Assembly: GCA_036517155.1 (NCBI GenBank)
Contig: DATDXY010000009.1
Location: 2,141-66,140 of the forward strand
Reading direction: 5' to 3'
Length of the DNA: 64,000 bases
DNA from: Minisyncoccota bacterium
Lineage (GTDB): Bacteria > Patescibacteriota > Minisyncoccia > UBA6257 > 02-FULL-45-10c
Position 1 is the stretch's first letter. Each line of letters starts with the position of its first letter. A program made the position numbers and the translations under genes. Under the pieces are notes generated by a model that did no database searches, was not told the DNA's origin, and worked only from the letters and a program-made list of their open reading frames with translations. Shown one piece after another: positions 1 to 8,814 of the stretch.

Positions 1-977
1 ATCATTGCGGCGTTATCGGTATTAAATTCTAAATCCGGAACGAAAAATTTAGTTTTTAATTTTTTTGCGGTATGAGCAAGTCGTTCCCGTAACGGTTTAT
101 TGGCGGATACACCACCGCAGAGCAAAATTGTTTTTATTTTATATTCTTGCGTCGCCCGTTCAGTTTTTTTGGCCAACACATCCACGACTGCTTCCTGGAA
201 ACTTGCCGCTATATCCGATTTTTTAGTTTTTGGATTGTCCCGTAGATAATACAAAACTGCGGTTTTTAATCCGGAAAAACTGAAAGCGTAGTTTTTTTGT
301 TGCAATGTGGGCCGTGGAAAAGGAATCGCATTGGGATTACCCCGTTCCGCTGATTTCTGGATTTCCGGTCCGCCCGGATAGGGAAGTTTCAGCAAGCGAG
401 CCACTTTATCAAAAGCTTCGCCAGCGGCATCATCCAGTGTTTCTCCCAGAACCGTCCATTTTTCTATCGCTGTCATATGTAATAAAATTGTGTGCCCGCC
501 GCTGACTACGAGTCCGATAGCAGGGAATGGAATACGCGGAAGTTTTCCTTTTTTCGGCAGCCAATTGGAATATAAATGTCCTTCCATGTGATTGGCGCCG
601 ATCAGGGGAATGTCTAATTCTTTAGATTTAGTTTTGGCAAATTCAATACCGGTCCAAAGCGCCGGTTCCAGACCTGGACCAACGGTTACAGCAATATGGC
701 TTATAGCAGATAGCTTATGACGTTTACTAATTTGTTCCCACAAAATTGGCAGATTTTTCATATGTTCGCGCTTGGCGAGATTGGGGACAACGCCGCCGAA
801 TGGACGATGGATTGGAATTTGAGAGGTAATTATATTTTCTACAACTTTAAATCGCGGCGATTTTAATCCACCGCGGCATTCCAAAATTGCCAACGAGGTT
901 TCGTCGCAGCTGGTTTCAATGGCTAAGATTGTTGTGGGTGAAGTAGATTTCACAGGAAGATTTTTTAATGTATCCAT
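1..977 (-). CDS. tsaD: tRNA N6-adenosine threonylcarbamoyltransferase TsaD (Kae1/Gcp family), 5' end present, C-terminus runs off window
   Basis: Manual translation of reverse strand from ATG at 977 gives MDTLKNLPVKSTSPTTILAIETSCDETSLAI...PFGGVVPNLAKREHMKN...GANHMEGHLYS...VVSGGHT; hallmark TsaD motifs. Not in ORF track because no stop in window. Possible GTG start at 953; overlaps stop of upstream epimerase gene by ~40-60 nt. Confidence 0.8.
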   Translation of the reverse strand, partial: MDTLKNLPVKSTSPTTILAIETSCDETSLAILECRGGLKSPRFKVVENIITSQIPIHRPFGGVVPNLAKREHMKNLPILWEQISKRHKLSAISHIAVTVGPGLEPALWTGIEFAKTKSKELDIPLIGANHMEGHLYSNWLPKKGKLPRIPFPAIGLVVSGGHTILLHMTAIEKWTVLGETLDDAAGEAFDKVARLLKLPYPGGPEIQKSAERGNPNAIPFPRPTLQQKNYAFSFSGLKTAVLYYLRDNPKTKKSDIAASFQEAVVDVLAKKTERATQEYKIKTILLCGGVSANKPLRERLAHTAKKLKTKFFVPDLEFNTDNAAM

Positions 978-1983
978 TTTTGACGTACCAGTCAACGCTT
1001 TCTCGGATCGCCGTTTCAACGGGCGAGGGCATAAATCCCAATTCTTTTTTTGCTTTGATTGGATCGTACAGGCAGCCTTGGGAAAAATAACGAGTAAGAT
1101 CGTAGCTGATAAGAGGACGCCAGCTTTTTCCAATGCCAAAAATTCGAATCAAGCCAATTAAGGCTTCGTTCGCAATGGCGAATATTTTCAACATAAAAAT
1201 CGGCAATGGGAAAAACGGTTTTTTCACCCCGCTGATTCTTTCTAAAATCTGAAAAAATTCCAGTACGGTTAAATAATGATCGGATGTCACGATATAACGT
1301 TCACCGCTTCGGCCGGACGTGAGGGCATTGATATGAGCTTGGACCGTTCCCTTCATTTCCGATAAAGAGAGCGGCGCGTGGAAATAGCACGGATAACGCC
1401 GATTCAAAAATTTGATAATGATTTCTCCAGTTGGACTTGGGCGGCTGTCGCGCGGACCAACCAAAAAACTCGGATTAACCGAAACCACCGACAAACCCTT
1501 TTTATGGAAAGCAAGGGCGGTTTGCTCGCCAAGCGATTTGCTTTTTTCGTAATGCGATCGGGTGCCAAGCATATTAAACGCCATATTTTCCCCAGTCGGT
1601 TTATTTTTTATACACCCGATGGAACCAGTAGAGCCGGTATAAATAAATTTTTTAACGCCCGCGTCCAACGCGGTTTGGCATAAAACTCGCGTACCCTCAA
1701 CATTAATATTATAAATTTCTTTTGGAAAAAAATTATACCAATGAGTGCCTGTATATAAGGAAGCAGTATGAAATACATAATCAATACCTTGCATCGCTTG
1801 GGCGATTGCCGTGACATCACGCACATCCCCGTACATAATTTCTACCGATATGCCCTTGAGATTGGCATCGTTTCCTCCTGGCCGGAGCAAGGCCCGGACA
1901 GAATATCCTTGTTTAAGTAATTCTCGAACTAATTCTGAACCAACAAACCCGGCCGCGCCGGTTACTAGGCATTTCATATTCAT
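916..1983 (-). CDS. NAD-dependent epimerase/dehydratase family protein
   Basis: N-terminal Rossmann motif MKCLVTGAAGFVGSELVREL; YxxxK-type catalytic region (SHYEKSK); 355 aa. Confidence 0.75.
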   Translation of the reverse strand: MNMKCLVTGAAGFVGSELVRELLKQGYSVRALLRPGGNDANLKGISVEIMYGDVRDVTAIAQAMQGIDYVFHTASLYTGTHWYNFFPKEIYNINVEGTRVLCQTALDAGVKKFIYTGSTGSIGCIKNKPTGENMAFNMLGTRSHYEKSKSLGEQTALAFHKKGLSVVSVNPSFLVGPRDSRPSPTGEIIIKFLNRRYPCYFHAPLSLSEMKGTVQAHINALTSGRSGERYIVTSDHYLTVLEFFQILERISGVKKPFFPLPIFMLKIFAIANEALIGLIRIFGIGKSWRPLISYDLTRYFSQGCLYDPIKAKKELGFMPSPVETAIRESVDWYVKNGYIKKSSCEIYFTHNNLSH

Positions 1984-2020
1984 CTCTATAATAAGATGAT
2001 TTACTAGGTTGGGTCAAAAA

Positions 2021-3061
2021 CTAAAATGGACCGGAAAATTCCTTTTTTGAAATTGTTGGTTCAGTAGAGGCAATAGATTGAGTTGTAGGACGCACAAGAT
2101 TATGAATAGATTGATAAATGGTATTGGCAGTTGGATAATAGGCTGCTTCCAAGACAGAACTGCAGGGAGTTGGCGTATCGGGCAAGCCAATCCGAATCAC
2201 CGGCGCTTTGAGATCATGAAATCCTTTTTCTACTGCGATTGCCGCAATTTCCGCAGTCAAACCGCAGGTAGTCCAACCGGTATCCGCAACAACCAACCGG
2301 CCGGTTTTCTTTAGGGATTCCAGAATTAACGGCTCATCCAATGGTCGTAAGGAACGGGGGTCAATAATTTCTACATCAATGTTTTCTTTAGCCAGCATAT
2401 CCGCTGCGATTTTCGCCTCAAGGAGCATATGAGAAATCGCTACGAGCGTTATGTCTTTTCCGGTCCGGACAATTGCGCCTTTGCCAAAAGGCACTTCGTA
2501 TATTTCTTCCGGAACCGAACCGGTTTTATCATAAAGCCAACGATGCTCAAGGCAGATTGTCGTCCGATCGCTTTTTAAACTGCTTATGAGCAAACCTTTT
2601 GCGTCGTAGGGTGTGGCGGGCATAATTACTTGTAAACCGGGAATATGAGCAAACAGCGCTTGTAAGCTTTGGGAATGTTGCGCTGCTTGTCCCCAGCCTC
2701 GGCCAATAATGGCGCGAATTAAAAGCGGAACAGAAAATTGGCCGCCGGACATATAACGCCATTTCGCGGCGTGATTCACGATTTGGTCCATAGTCAACAG
2801 CAGAAAATCATTTCGAGCATGCACTAAAACCGGACGCAATCCGGACATAGCCGCGCCAACGCCGATGCCAGTTAAAGTATTTTCCGACATGGGCATATCC
2901 ATGACTCGAGACGGTCCAAATTTTAAGGCCGCTTCCCGGGTAGTGCCAAAAATACCCGTTGGATCGGCCGCACCAACACCATAAATAAAAATTGTTGGGT
3001 CGTTAGCCATGCTTTGTACTAAGGCTTCGCTAATTGCTTGGCTGTATTTTATATCGCGCAT
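2021..3061 (-). CDS. TPP-dependent alpha-ketoacid dehydrogenase E1 component beta subunit (transketolase-like)
   Basis: 346 aa; transketolase pyrimidine-binding and C-terminal domains (MDMPMSENTLTGIGVGAAMSGLRPV...). Confidence 0.85.
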   Translation of the reverse strand: MRDIKYSQAISEALVQSMANDPTIFIYGVGAADPTGIFGTTREAALKFGPSRVMDMPMSENTLTGIGVGAAMSGLRPVLVHARNDFLLLTMDQIVNHAAKWRYMSGGQFSVPLLIRAIIGRGWGQAAQHSQSLQALFAHIPGLQVIMPATPYDAKGLLISSLKSDRTTICLEHRWLYDKTGSVPEEIYEVPFGKGAIVRTGKDITLVAISHMLLEAKIAADMLAKENIDVEIIDPRSLRPLDEPLILESLKKTGRLVVADTGWTTCGLTAEIAAIAVEKGFHDLKAPVIRIGLPDTPTPCSSVLEAAYYPTANTIYQSIHNLVRPTTQSIASTEPTISKKEFSGPF

Positions 3062-3062
3062 A

Positions 3063-4040
3063 TTAGATATCGGTAAAAATCGCTTCTAATTTTGGAAACG
3101 GACTTTGCTTTGCAAATTGAATTGCGGTTTCGATATCTTGTTCTACGGAGCGAACAATGCTCTTTCGTTCAACATCCGGAAGAAGATTGTGGGTTTCTAA
3201 AATTTGTTCAAAAAGTTTTATGGGATCTTTTTGCATCCATGCGTCTAATTCTTCTTTAGTGCGATGACCAAGATGATAATCAGTATTTGGACCGACATGT
3301 TCTTTCCAGCGATAACAAGTCGCTTCAATAAACGTTGGGCCATGGCCGCTTTGCGCCCGACGAACGGCGCGCTGGGTAGAGAAAAATACTTCGGTCACTT
3401 TCGTGCCATCAACTCGAACTCCCGGGATTCGATACCCAGCGGCTCGTTGATGTAATTCTTTGTGCGGTTGCCGAGCAGAGATATGAGTGCAGGTGGCGAT
3501 TTCATTGTTTTCACAGACAAAAATTATTGGCAATTTATGCAAGGAAGCAAAATTCAGGCTCTCGTGAAAGGTCCCTTGCTCAAGGCTGCCATCGCCGAAA
3601 AAAGCCACCACCACATTATTTTTATTTTGTTTTTTTGCAGCGAAAGCGGCGCCTACCGCTAATGGCAGATTACCGCCGACAATTGCTGAAGCGCCGTAGG
3701 CACCTACTTCCGGGGCGACAAAATGCATGGAACCGCCCTTGCCTTTAGCGCAGCCTGTTTCTTTTCCATAGAGTTCCGCGAACAGCGTTTTAAAATTTGC
3801 GCCTTTAGCCACAGTGTGGCTATGACAACGATGAGTGCTAAAAATAATATCGTTATTTTTCAACGCTCCGCAGACCCCAGCGGCTACCGCTTCTTGGCCA
3901 ATGGATAAATGCACCGGACAGCGCATTTCTTGCTGAGGGTATAATTCGGCGATTTTTTCATCAAATTTTCTAGCCCGAATAAGGGCAGTATAGAGCTTAT
4001 GGGCAATAGTCGGAGTAATAGGTTTTGGAGAGTGTTCCAT
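3063..4040 (-). CDS. TPP-dependent dehydrogenase E1 component alpha subunit
   Basis: TPP-binding motif GDGSLEQG...NN (FFGDGSLEQGTFHESLNFASLHKLPIIFVCENN). ORF track extends to 4211, but start at internal Met (MEHSPKP, ATG at 4040) avoids overlap with the 4105..4599 gene. Confidence 0.8.
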   Translation of the reverse strand: MEHSPKPITPTIAHKLYTALIRARKFDEKIAELYPQQEMRCPVHLSIGQEAVAAGVCGALKNNDIIFSTHRCHSHTVAKGANFKTLFAELYGKETGCAKGKGGSMHFVAPEVGAYGASAIVGGNLPLAVGAAFAAKKQNKNNVVVAFFGDGSLEQGTFHESLNFASLHKLPIIFVCENNEIATCTHISARQPHKELHQRAAGYRIPGVRVDGTKVTEVFFSTQRAVRRAQSGHGPTFIEATCYRWKEHVGPNTDYHLGHRTKEELDAWMQKDPIKLFEQILETHNLLPDVERKSIVRSVEQDIETAIQFAKQSPFPKLEAIFTDI

Positions 4041-4104
4041 TATTGCAACATATAACGCCTTTTTAAAACAAAAAGTCTCGTTGGAAACGAGACTTTTTAG
4101 AGGA

Positions 4105-4599
4105 TCAAGAAATGAGCTGTAGTCTTTGCAGGAGATGAAACGCTGCGGTTTTTGTTGAGGTTGGATGTTTAATTTTACAAAAACACGCCGATTTTTTTTC
4201 AGATTTTCCAATACCGTGGTAATGGCAACGCAATATGTCGTAAGTAGCGGCGCATTGCAGTATTTCGGTCCCAGTTTTTTCCAGCACCGATAGCAGCGGA
4301 TGTTCTAATTCCACAAGATTGATTTTAGATCTGAAAGAATCGCCAGTTATGCTATGCACCCGTTCAATAAATTGCTCAAGCCTTAGAGTGAAGATAGCAT
4401 CCTTTATTTCTTGGCTGAACAAAGATTGATTTTCAATTATGTAACGGTAACGTATTGGCAGAGCAAGGCGTTGCAGCAAGTAGAGCGTCGGTTCAAGACG
4501 ATCGCAAAACATTTCATGATTTTGATGAGCAAAGATAACGCTATTTAAACATATTGCCCGCTCATCTAATTTGTTAGCAAATAAGTCAGTTAGACCCAT
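4105..4599 (-). CDS. hypothetical protein
   Basis: 164-aa ORF, no recognisable motifs; divergent from radical SAM gene. Confidence 0.4.
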   Translation of the reverse strand: MGLTDLFANKLDERAICLNSVIFAHQNHEMFCDRLEPTLYLLQRLALPIRYRYIIENQSLFSQEIKDAIFTLRLEQFIERVHSITGDSFRSKINLVELEHPLLSVLEKTGTEILQCAATYDILRCHYHGIGKSEKKSACFCKIKHPTSTKTAAFHLLQRLQLIS

Positions 4600-4722
4600 A
4601 TATTCCTCCTTGGAATTAGAAAAGCTAGATTAGTTAAAGAAACTATTACAGATTAAAAATCAATTAACATAGATTGTCAATCTTTTAAAGCAAAAAGCAA
4701 CTATTTCCTTACTTCTTATGTT

Positions 4723-4740
4723 TTACCTATAAATAGGTAA
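4723..4740. promoter_or_regulatory. palindromic candidate operator TTACCTAT-aa-ATAGGTAA immediately upstream of RBS of B12-radical SAM gene
   Basis: 8-bp perfect inverted repeat arms separated by 2 nt, 26 nt upstream of ATG; RBS TAAGGAGG at 4754-4761. Confidence 0.3.
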
Positions 4741-4765
4741 GTAAGTACTTTGATAAGGAGGAAAT

Positions 4766-6397
4766 ATGAAGACATTGGATAGAACGAAGGTGATGTTTAT
4801 TGAAATGATGGTGGAGTTTATTGATCCGATGCAAATTGAGCTTTTATCCGCATTGGCAATCCGAGAAGGATTTCAAACCTTTTTCACGGTTGAGCAGGAT
4901 TACGACTTGAGAGAGGAACTAAAAGAAATCCGGCCGGACATTGTCGCCTTGAGCGCTAAGACTGGCGGTTATACAACGACGACCTTGCCATACGCTCGAC
5001 TGGCGAAAGAATTGAATCCAGACGTGATTGTCATTGTTGGCGGGCCTCACGTTACTTTCGATCAAAGTTTGATTGAAGACGATGCCATCGATATCGTCAT
5101 CGCGGGCGAAGCGGACAAAGCTTGGACAGAAGTTCTGCGCGCGTTGGCGGCCAAAAAAACAGTTAGCCATATCAAAAATGTTTTCACGAAAGAAAATTGG
5201 TATGGCGCTTTCAAAGTAATGCCGTTGCCGGAACGAAGAACTCATCTGGATAATCGCCTGGAAGAAAATTATCTGGACACTTTGCCGTATTTGGATCGGA
5301 AAGTGGTTTACGACAAAGTTCCGCATTTGGCAAAATTTCCGATGCGATCCTTTATGACTTCGCGCGGTTGTCCGTACGAATGCACCTACTGCTTCGAACC
5401 AGAATTCAACGACATTTATAAGGGCAAGGGCAAACCGCATCAACGGTATAGTCCGGAAAGGGTTGTCGCAGAATTGAAGGATATGGTAAAACGATATCCG
5501 ACTCAATTCATTAAATTCTATGATGACATTTTTTGGATTCACCCGAAATTAGAACAAGACCCCTGGCTGATAGAATTCGCCGAGCGGTATCGAAAGGAGA
5601 TTCATCTGCCTTTCTTTTTACTGACGCGTTGCAATATTCTGACAGAAGATCATCTCAAGCTTCTGAAGCCAGCTGGTTTGCATTCCATGACGATGTCCAT
5701 TGAAGCGGGGAACGACTACGTTCGCAGCGAAGTTATTCGCCGGCACATGAGCAAAGAACACATCCTGAATGCGTTTGATCTCTGTTACAAGTACGGCGTG
5801 AAAACTTTTGCGAACACCATCTTGGGCATTCCCGTGCATCCGGAAAAGTTGAAAGAGCTTGGCAAGAAAAATATTGAATTGGACATTGAGTCCTTGGATA
5901 TCAATATTCGTTGCCGAGCCACGTTCGGGGAATATACGATTATTCACCCGTACGCCGGCACTCCCTTCAATCGATATGTGCAGGAAAATGGTTGGTTCAA
6001 AAAAGATGACTTAAGCAACCTGCACCATTCGTATCAAAGTTGGAGTCCGCTCAATTGTTTCACCCCGGAAGAAAAGATGCAGCAAGTGAATCTTTCCAGT
6101 CTAGGCACAGTTTGTAATGTCGTGCCGTGGGCGCGCAATCTGGTGGTGCAATACTTGATCAAAGTAAAGTGGGTTTGGGTCCAAAAATGGATTTACCACC
6201 CGCTTTATTTCTTGGCCAAGGGATATTTGATGATGTTCAAGATTTATCCGATGAATTTGGGAATCTTGAATTTCTGGCACCTGGGCTTGCGAGCTTGGAA
6301 AAATGAAATCAGCAAGCGGTCGCCTGGCAAGAATCTCTATAAGCAATCAGAGAAATCGCCGGCAGCAAAGGTTGCTTTGGCTCCCGTAAAAGTGTAA
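4766..6397 (+). CDS. B12-binding domain-containing radical SAM protein
   Basis: N-terminal cobalamin-binding Rossmann-like domain (DVIVIVGGPHVTF); CxxxCxxC radical SAM motif (SRGCPYECTYC); strong RBS taaggaggaaatATG. Confidence 0.85.
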   Translation: MKTLDRTKVMFIEMMVEFIDPMQIELLSALAIREGFQTFFTVEQDYDLREELKEIRPDIVALSAKTGGYTTTTLPYARLAKELNPDVIVIVGGPHVTFDQSLIEDDAIDIVIAGEADKAWTEVLRALAAKKTVSHIKNVFTKENWYGAFKVMPLPERRTHLDNRLEENYLDTLPYLDRKVVYDKVPHLAKFPMRSFMTSRGCPYECTYCFEPEFNDIYKGKGKPHQRYSPERVVAELKDMVKRYPTQFIKFYDDIFWIHPKLEQDPWLIEFAERYRKEIHLPFFLLTRCNILTEDHLKLLKPAGLHSMTMSIEAGNDYVRSEVIRRHMSKEHILNAFDLCYKYGVKTFANTILGIPVHPEKLKELGKKNIELDIESLDINIRCRATFGEYTIIHPYAGTPFNRYVQENGWFKKDDLSNLHHSYQSWSPLNCFTPEEKMQQVNLSSLGTVCNVVPWARNLVVQYLIKVKWVWVQKWIYHPLYFLAKGYLMMFKIYPMNLGILNFWHLGLRAWKNEISKRSPGKNLYKQSEKSPAAKVALAPVKV

Positions 6398-6402
6398 GTG
6401 TA

Positions 6403-6440
6403 AAAACCCCTCTTCGCGATATCGCGAAGAGGGGTTTTCT
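6403..6440 (+). terminator. rho-independent terminator
   Basis: Perfect 12-bp stem CCCCTCTTCGCG/CGCGAAGAGGGG with ATAT loop followed by TTTTCT. Confidence 0.75.
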
Positions 6441-6528
6441 ATTATTTGCGCTCCTTACAATTGACGCCATGGCATTGATTGTTATATATCTGAATTAGCA
6501 CAGTAGTAGTTTAATAAGGAGGATTGAA

Positions 6529-6684
6529 ATGATTCCAGACAAGTTTTCCAAAGAACGGAAACAAGTCGTAAAAAAGTCCATTGTCGAAAAACAGGGTCAA
6601 TCTGTCCATCAACAAAAAAGAACCAACCTACCCCCATTATCTGAAGAAGAGAAAGAATACGCTTCGGAATTTGGAATACGCTGA
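6529..6684 (+). CDS. small hypothetical protein (51 aa)
   Basis: Perfect RBS TAAGGAGG 7 nt before ATG; MIPDKFSKERKQVVKKSIVEKQGQSVHQQKRTNLPPLSEEEKEYASEFGIR; bracketed by two terminators; below ORF-track size cutoff. Confidence 0.35.
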   Translation: MIPDKFSKERKQVVKKSIVEKQGQSVHQQKRTNLPPLSEEEKEYASEFGIR

Positions 6685-6703
6685 TTGTGAGTTTTCAAAT
6701 TTT

Positions 6704-6741
6704 AAAAAAAGCCGCCCCCGAAAAGAGGCGGCTTTTCTTTT
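6704..6741. terminator. bidirectional rho-independent terminator (A-run / GCCGCC-loop-GGCGGC / T-run)
   Basis: Hairpin flanked by A7 upstream and TTTTCTTTT downstream; serves small ORF (+) and tRNA-Glu (-). Confidence 0.6.
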
Positions 6742-6743
6742 AG

Positions 6744-6815
6744 TAGCCCCACCGGGAATCGAACCCGGGTTACCGCCTTGAAAAGGCGATGTCCTAACCA
6801 CTAGACGATAGGGCC
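6744..6815 (-). tRNA. tRNA-Glu (anticodon UUC)
   Basis: Reverse complement GGCCCTATCGTCTAGTGGTTAGGACATCGCCTTTTCAAGGCGGTAACCCGGGTTCGATTCCCGGTGGGGCTA folds as cloverleaf; anticodon loop TTTTCAA. Confidence 0.85.
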
Positions 6816-6862
6816 GTTTTCTGTGATTATACTACACCTATGTTATACTTTAAAACAAGACT

Positions 6863-7294
6863 ATGAATTTCATCAGTAATTTTTATTCTTATTTAGATGC
6901 TTTATTGGTTTTTGACCAATTGGCATTGTTTGTTTTGCGGGTTTTTGTCGGAGTTTTGTTTGTTATTCACGGCGCGCCGAAGTTAAAAAATTTGAGAACC
7001 ACCTGGCAAAATTTTGAAGCAATGGGGTTTAAACCGGGTAAAATTTGGGGAACCATCCCGGCATTTTTAGAAAGCATTGGCGGATTTTTTATTATTATCG
7101 GATTTCTGGTCCAGCCAATCGCAGTTTTATTAGTGGCGCAAATGGGCGTGGCGGCCGGATGGCGCATCAAAAACAAACATTCTTTTGTCAACGGGTATGA
7201 ATTGGATCTTTTATTGATTGTGGCTTTGGGTATTTTGGTGGTCAATCGCAGCGAAATTTTGGCGCTGGATAACTATCTTAGGATGTTGTCATAG
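6863..7294 (+). CDS. DoxX-family membrane protein
   Basis: 143 aa, 4 predicted TM helices, DoxX-like pattern (LRVFVGVLFVIHGAPKL). Confidence 0.5.
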   Translation: MNFISNFYSYLDALLVFDQLALFVLRVFVGVLFVIHGAPKLKNLRTTWQNFEAMGFKPGKIWGTIPAFLESIGGFFIIIGFLVQPIAVLLVAQMGVAAGWRIKNKHSFVNGYELDLLLIVALGILVVNRSEILALDNYLRMLS

Positions 7295-7326
7295 CGCTAC
7301 TCTTTCGTTACAATAACGTTTTCTTT

Positions 7327-8814
7327 ATGTATCGTCTGTTTGAACGACTGCCCGGTTTTCTCGCGTGGGGAACTTTGTTGCTTATGATTTTCGCTTCGTG
7401 GCAAAAACCCTTGTGGGCGGCAATTTTTATTATTCTCTTTGATACTTATTGGCTTTTGAAAACTATCTATCTGACATTTCATTTGCGCGCGACTTTCGTG
7501 AAAATGCGGGCAAACTTGAAAATTAATTGGCAGGAACGTTTGGAAAAAGAATGCTCCGGCCGTTGGGAGTCATTGCGTCACTTAGTTATTCTGCCGATGT
7601 ACCATGAACCGTACTCGGTGGTGAAAGAAAGTTTGGAAAGTTTAACGCGGACGAATTATCCGCCCAAAAAAATAATCGTCGTGCTAGCAACGGAAGAACG
7701 GGCGGGAGAAGAAGCGCAAAAGACCGCGATTCGTTTGGAACAGGAATACGCAGCGCAATTCGGTTCTTTTCTGATTACGCGGCATCCAGTGGATATTGCC
7801 GGAGAAATTCCCGGCAAGGGCTCGAATGAAACCTGGGCGGCGAAAGCAGTGAAGCAAGCAATTATTGACACGCAAAAAATTCCTTACGATCAGATTTTGG
7901 TTTCGGTGTTTGACGTGGATACGCAGGTCTACTCGGATTATTTCGGGATTTTGAGTTACCAATTCTTGCAAGCGGCCAAACCACTGCGTTCCAGTTTCCA
8001 GCCGATTCCGCTGTTCATAAACAATATCTACGATACGCCGGCGTTCGCGCGGGTGGTTTCTTTTTCCGCCAGTTTCTGGCAGATGATGCAGCAATCCCGA
8101 CCGGAACGGTTAACCACCTTTTCTTCTCACGCGATGCCGTTTTCCGCCCTTGTGGAAATCGGATATTGGCAGACCGATATTGTTTCGGAGGATTCCCGAA
8201 TTTTTTGGCAATGTTATTTGCATTACAATGGCGATTGGAAAGTGGAACCGCTTTTTTATCCGGTTTCCATGGACGCGAATGCCGCGCCGACTTTCTGGCA
8301 GACGTTAAAAAATGTCTATAAACAACAGCGTCGTTGGGGATATGGGGTAGAAAATATCCCATATTTGCTGGAAGGTTTTCGAACTAATCAGCTCATCTCC
8401 GGAAAGAAAAAAGCCTATTGGAGCTTTATTTCTGTGGAGGGCTTTCATTCCTGGTCTACTAATGTGATTTTAATCTTTGCCCTGAGTTGGTTGCCGATTT
8501 TAATCGGTTCAGGAAATTTTGGCACGACCGTGTTAGCCTATAAACTGCCAGAAATTGCCGGTTGGCTGATTCGCTTATCTAATGTGGGTATTATCAGCGC
8601 CGCGATTCTGAGCTTGATATTATTACCGCCGCATCCAAAAGGATTGCGGAAAAGAGATTACGTTTTTTATGTGGCGCAGTGGCTTTTGATGCCGCTGACG
8701 CTGATTATTTTTGGCGCGCTTCCCGCATTGGAGGCGCAAACTCGGCTGATGCTGGGAGGAAAATGGCGATTGGGTTTTTGGGTGACGCCTAAATCTAGAA
8801 ATTATTCCAAGTGA
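7327..8814 (+). CDS. family 2 glycosyltransferase, processive membrane-embedded type (cellulose/chitin-synthase-like)
   Basis: D..D..D + QxxRW (QQRRWGYG) motifs; N- and C-terminal TM helices; 495 aa. Confidence 0.75.
   Translation: MYRLFERLPGFLAWGTLLLMIFASWQKPLWAAIFIILFDTYWLLKTIYLTFHLRATFVKMRANLKINWQERLEKECSGRWESLRHLVILPMYHEPYSVVKESLESLTRTNYPPKKIIVVLATEERAGEEAQKTAIRLEQEYAAQFGSFLITRHPVDIAGEIPGKGSNETWAAKAVKQAIIDTQKIPYDQILVSVFDVDTQVYSDYFGILSYQFLQAAKPLRSSFQPIPLFINNIYDTPAFARVVSFSASFWQMMQQSRPERLTTFSSHAMPFSALVEIGYWQTDIVSEDSRIFWQCYLHYNGDWKVEPLFYPVSMDANAAPTFWQTLKNVYKQQRRWGYGVENIPYLLEGFRTNQLISGKKKAYWSFISVEGFHSWSTNVILIFALSWLPILIGSGNFGTTVLAYKLPEIAGWLIRLSNVGIISAAILSLILLPPHPKGLRKRDYVFYVAQWLLMPLTLIIFGALPALEAQTRLMLGGKWRLGFWVTPKSRNYSK

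Noticed and set aside
305-505. 66-aa plus-strand ORF
   Set aside because: Lies antisense inside the well-supported TsaD coding region; no RBS.
3063-4211. 382-aa version of E1 alpha ORF
   Set aside because: The N-terminal 57 codons have no homology and overlap the 4105..4599 gene; the internal Met at 4040 gives a normal E1-alpha N-terminus.
6581-6781. 66-aa ORF
   Set aside because: Overlaps tRNA-Glu and the bidirectional terminator.
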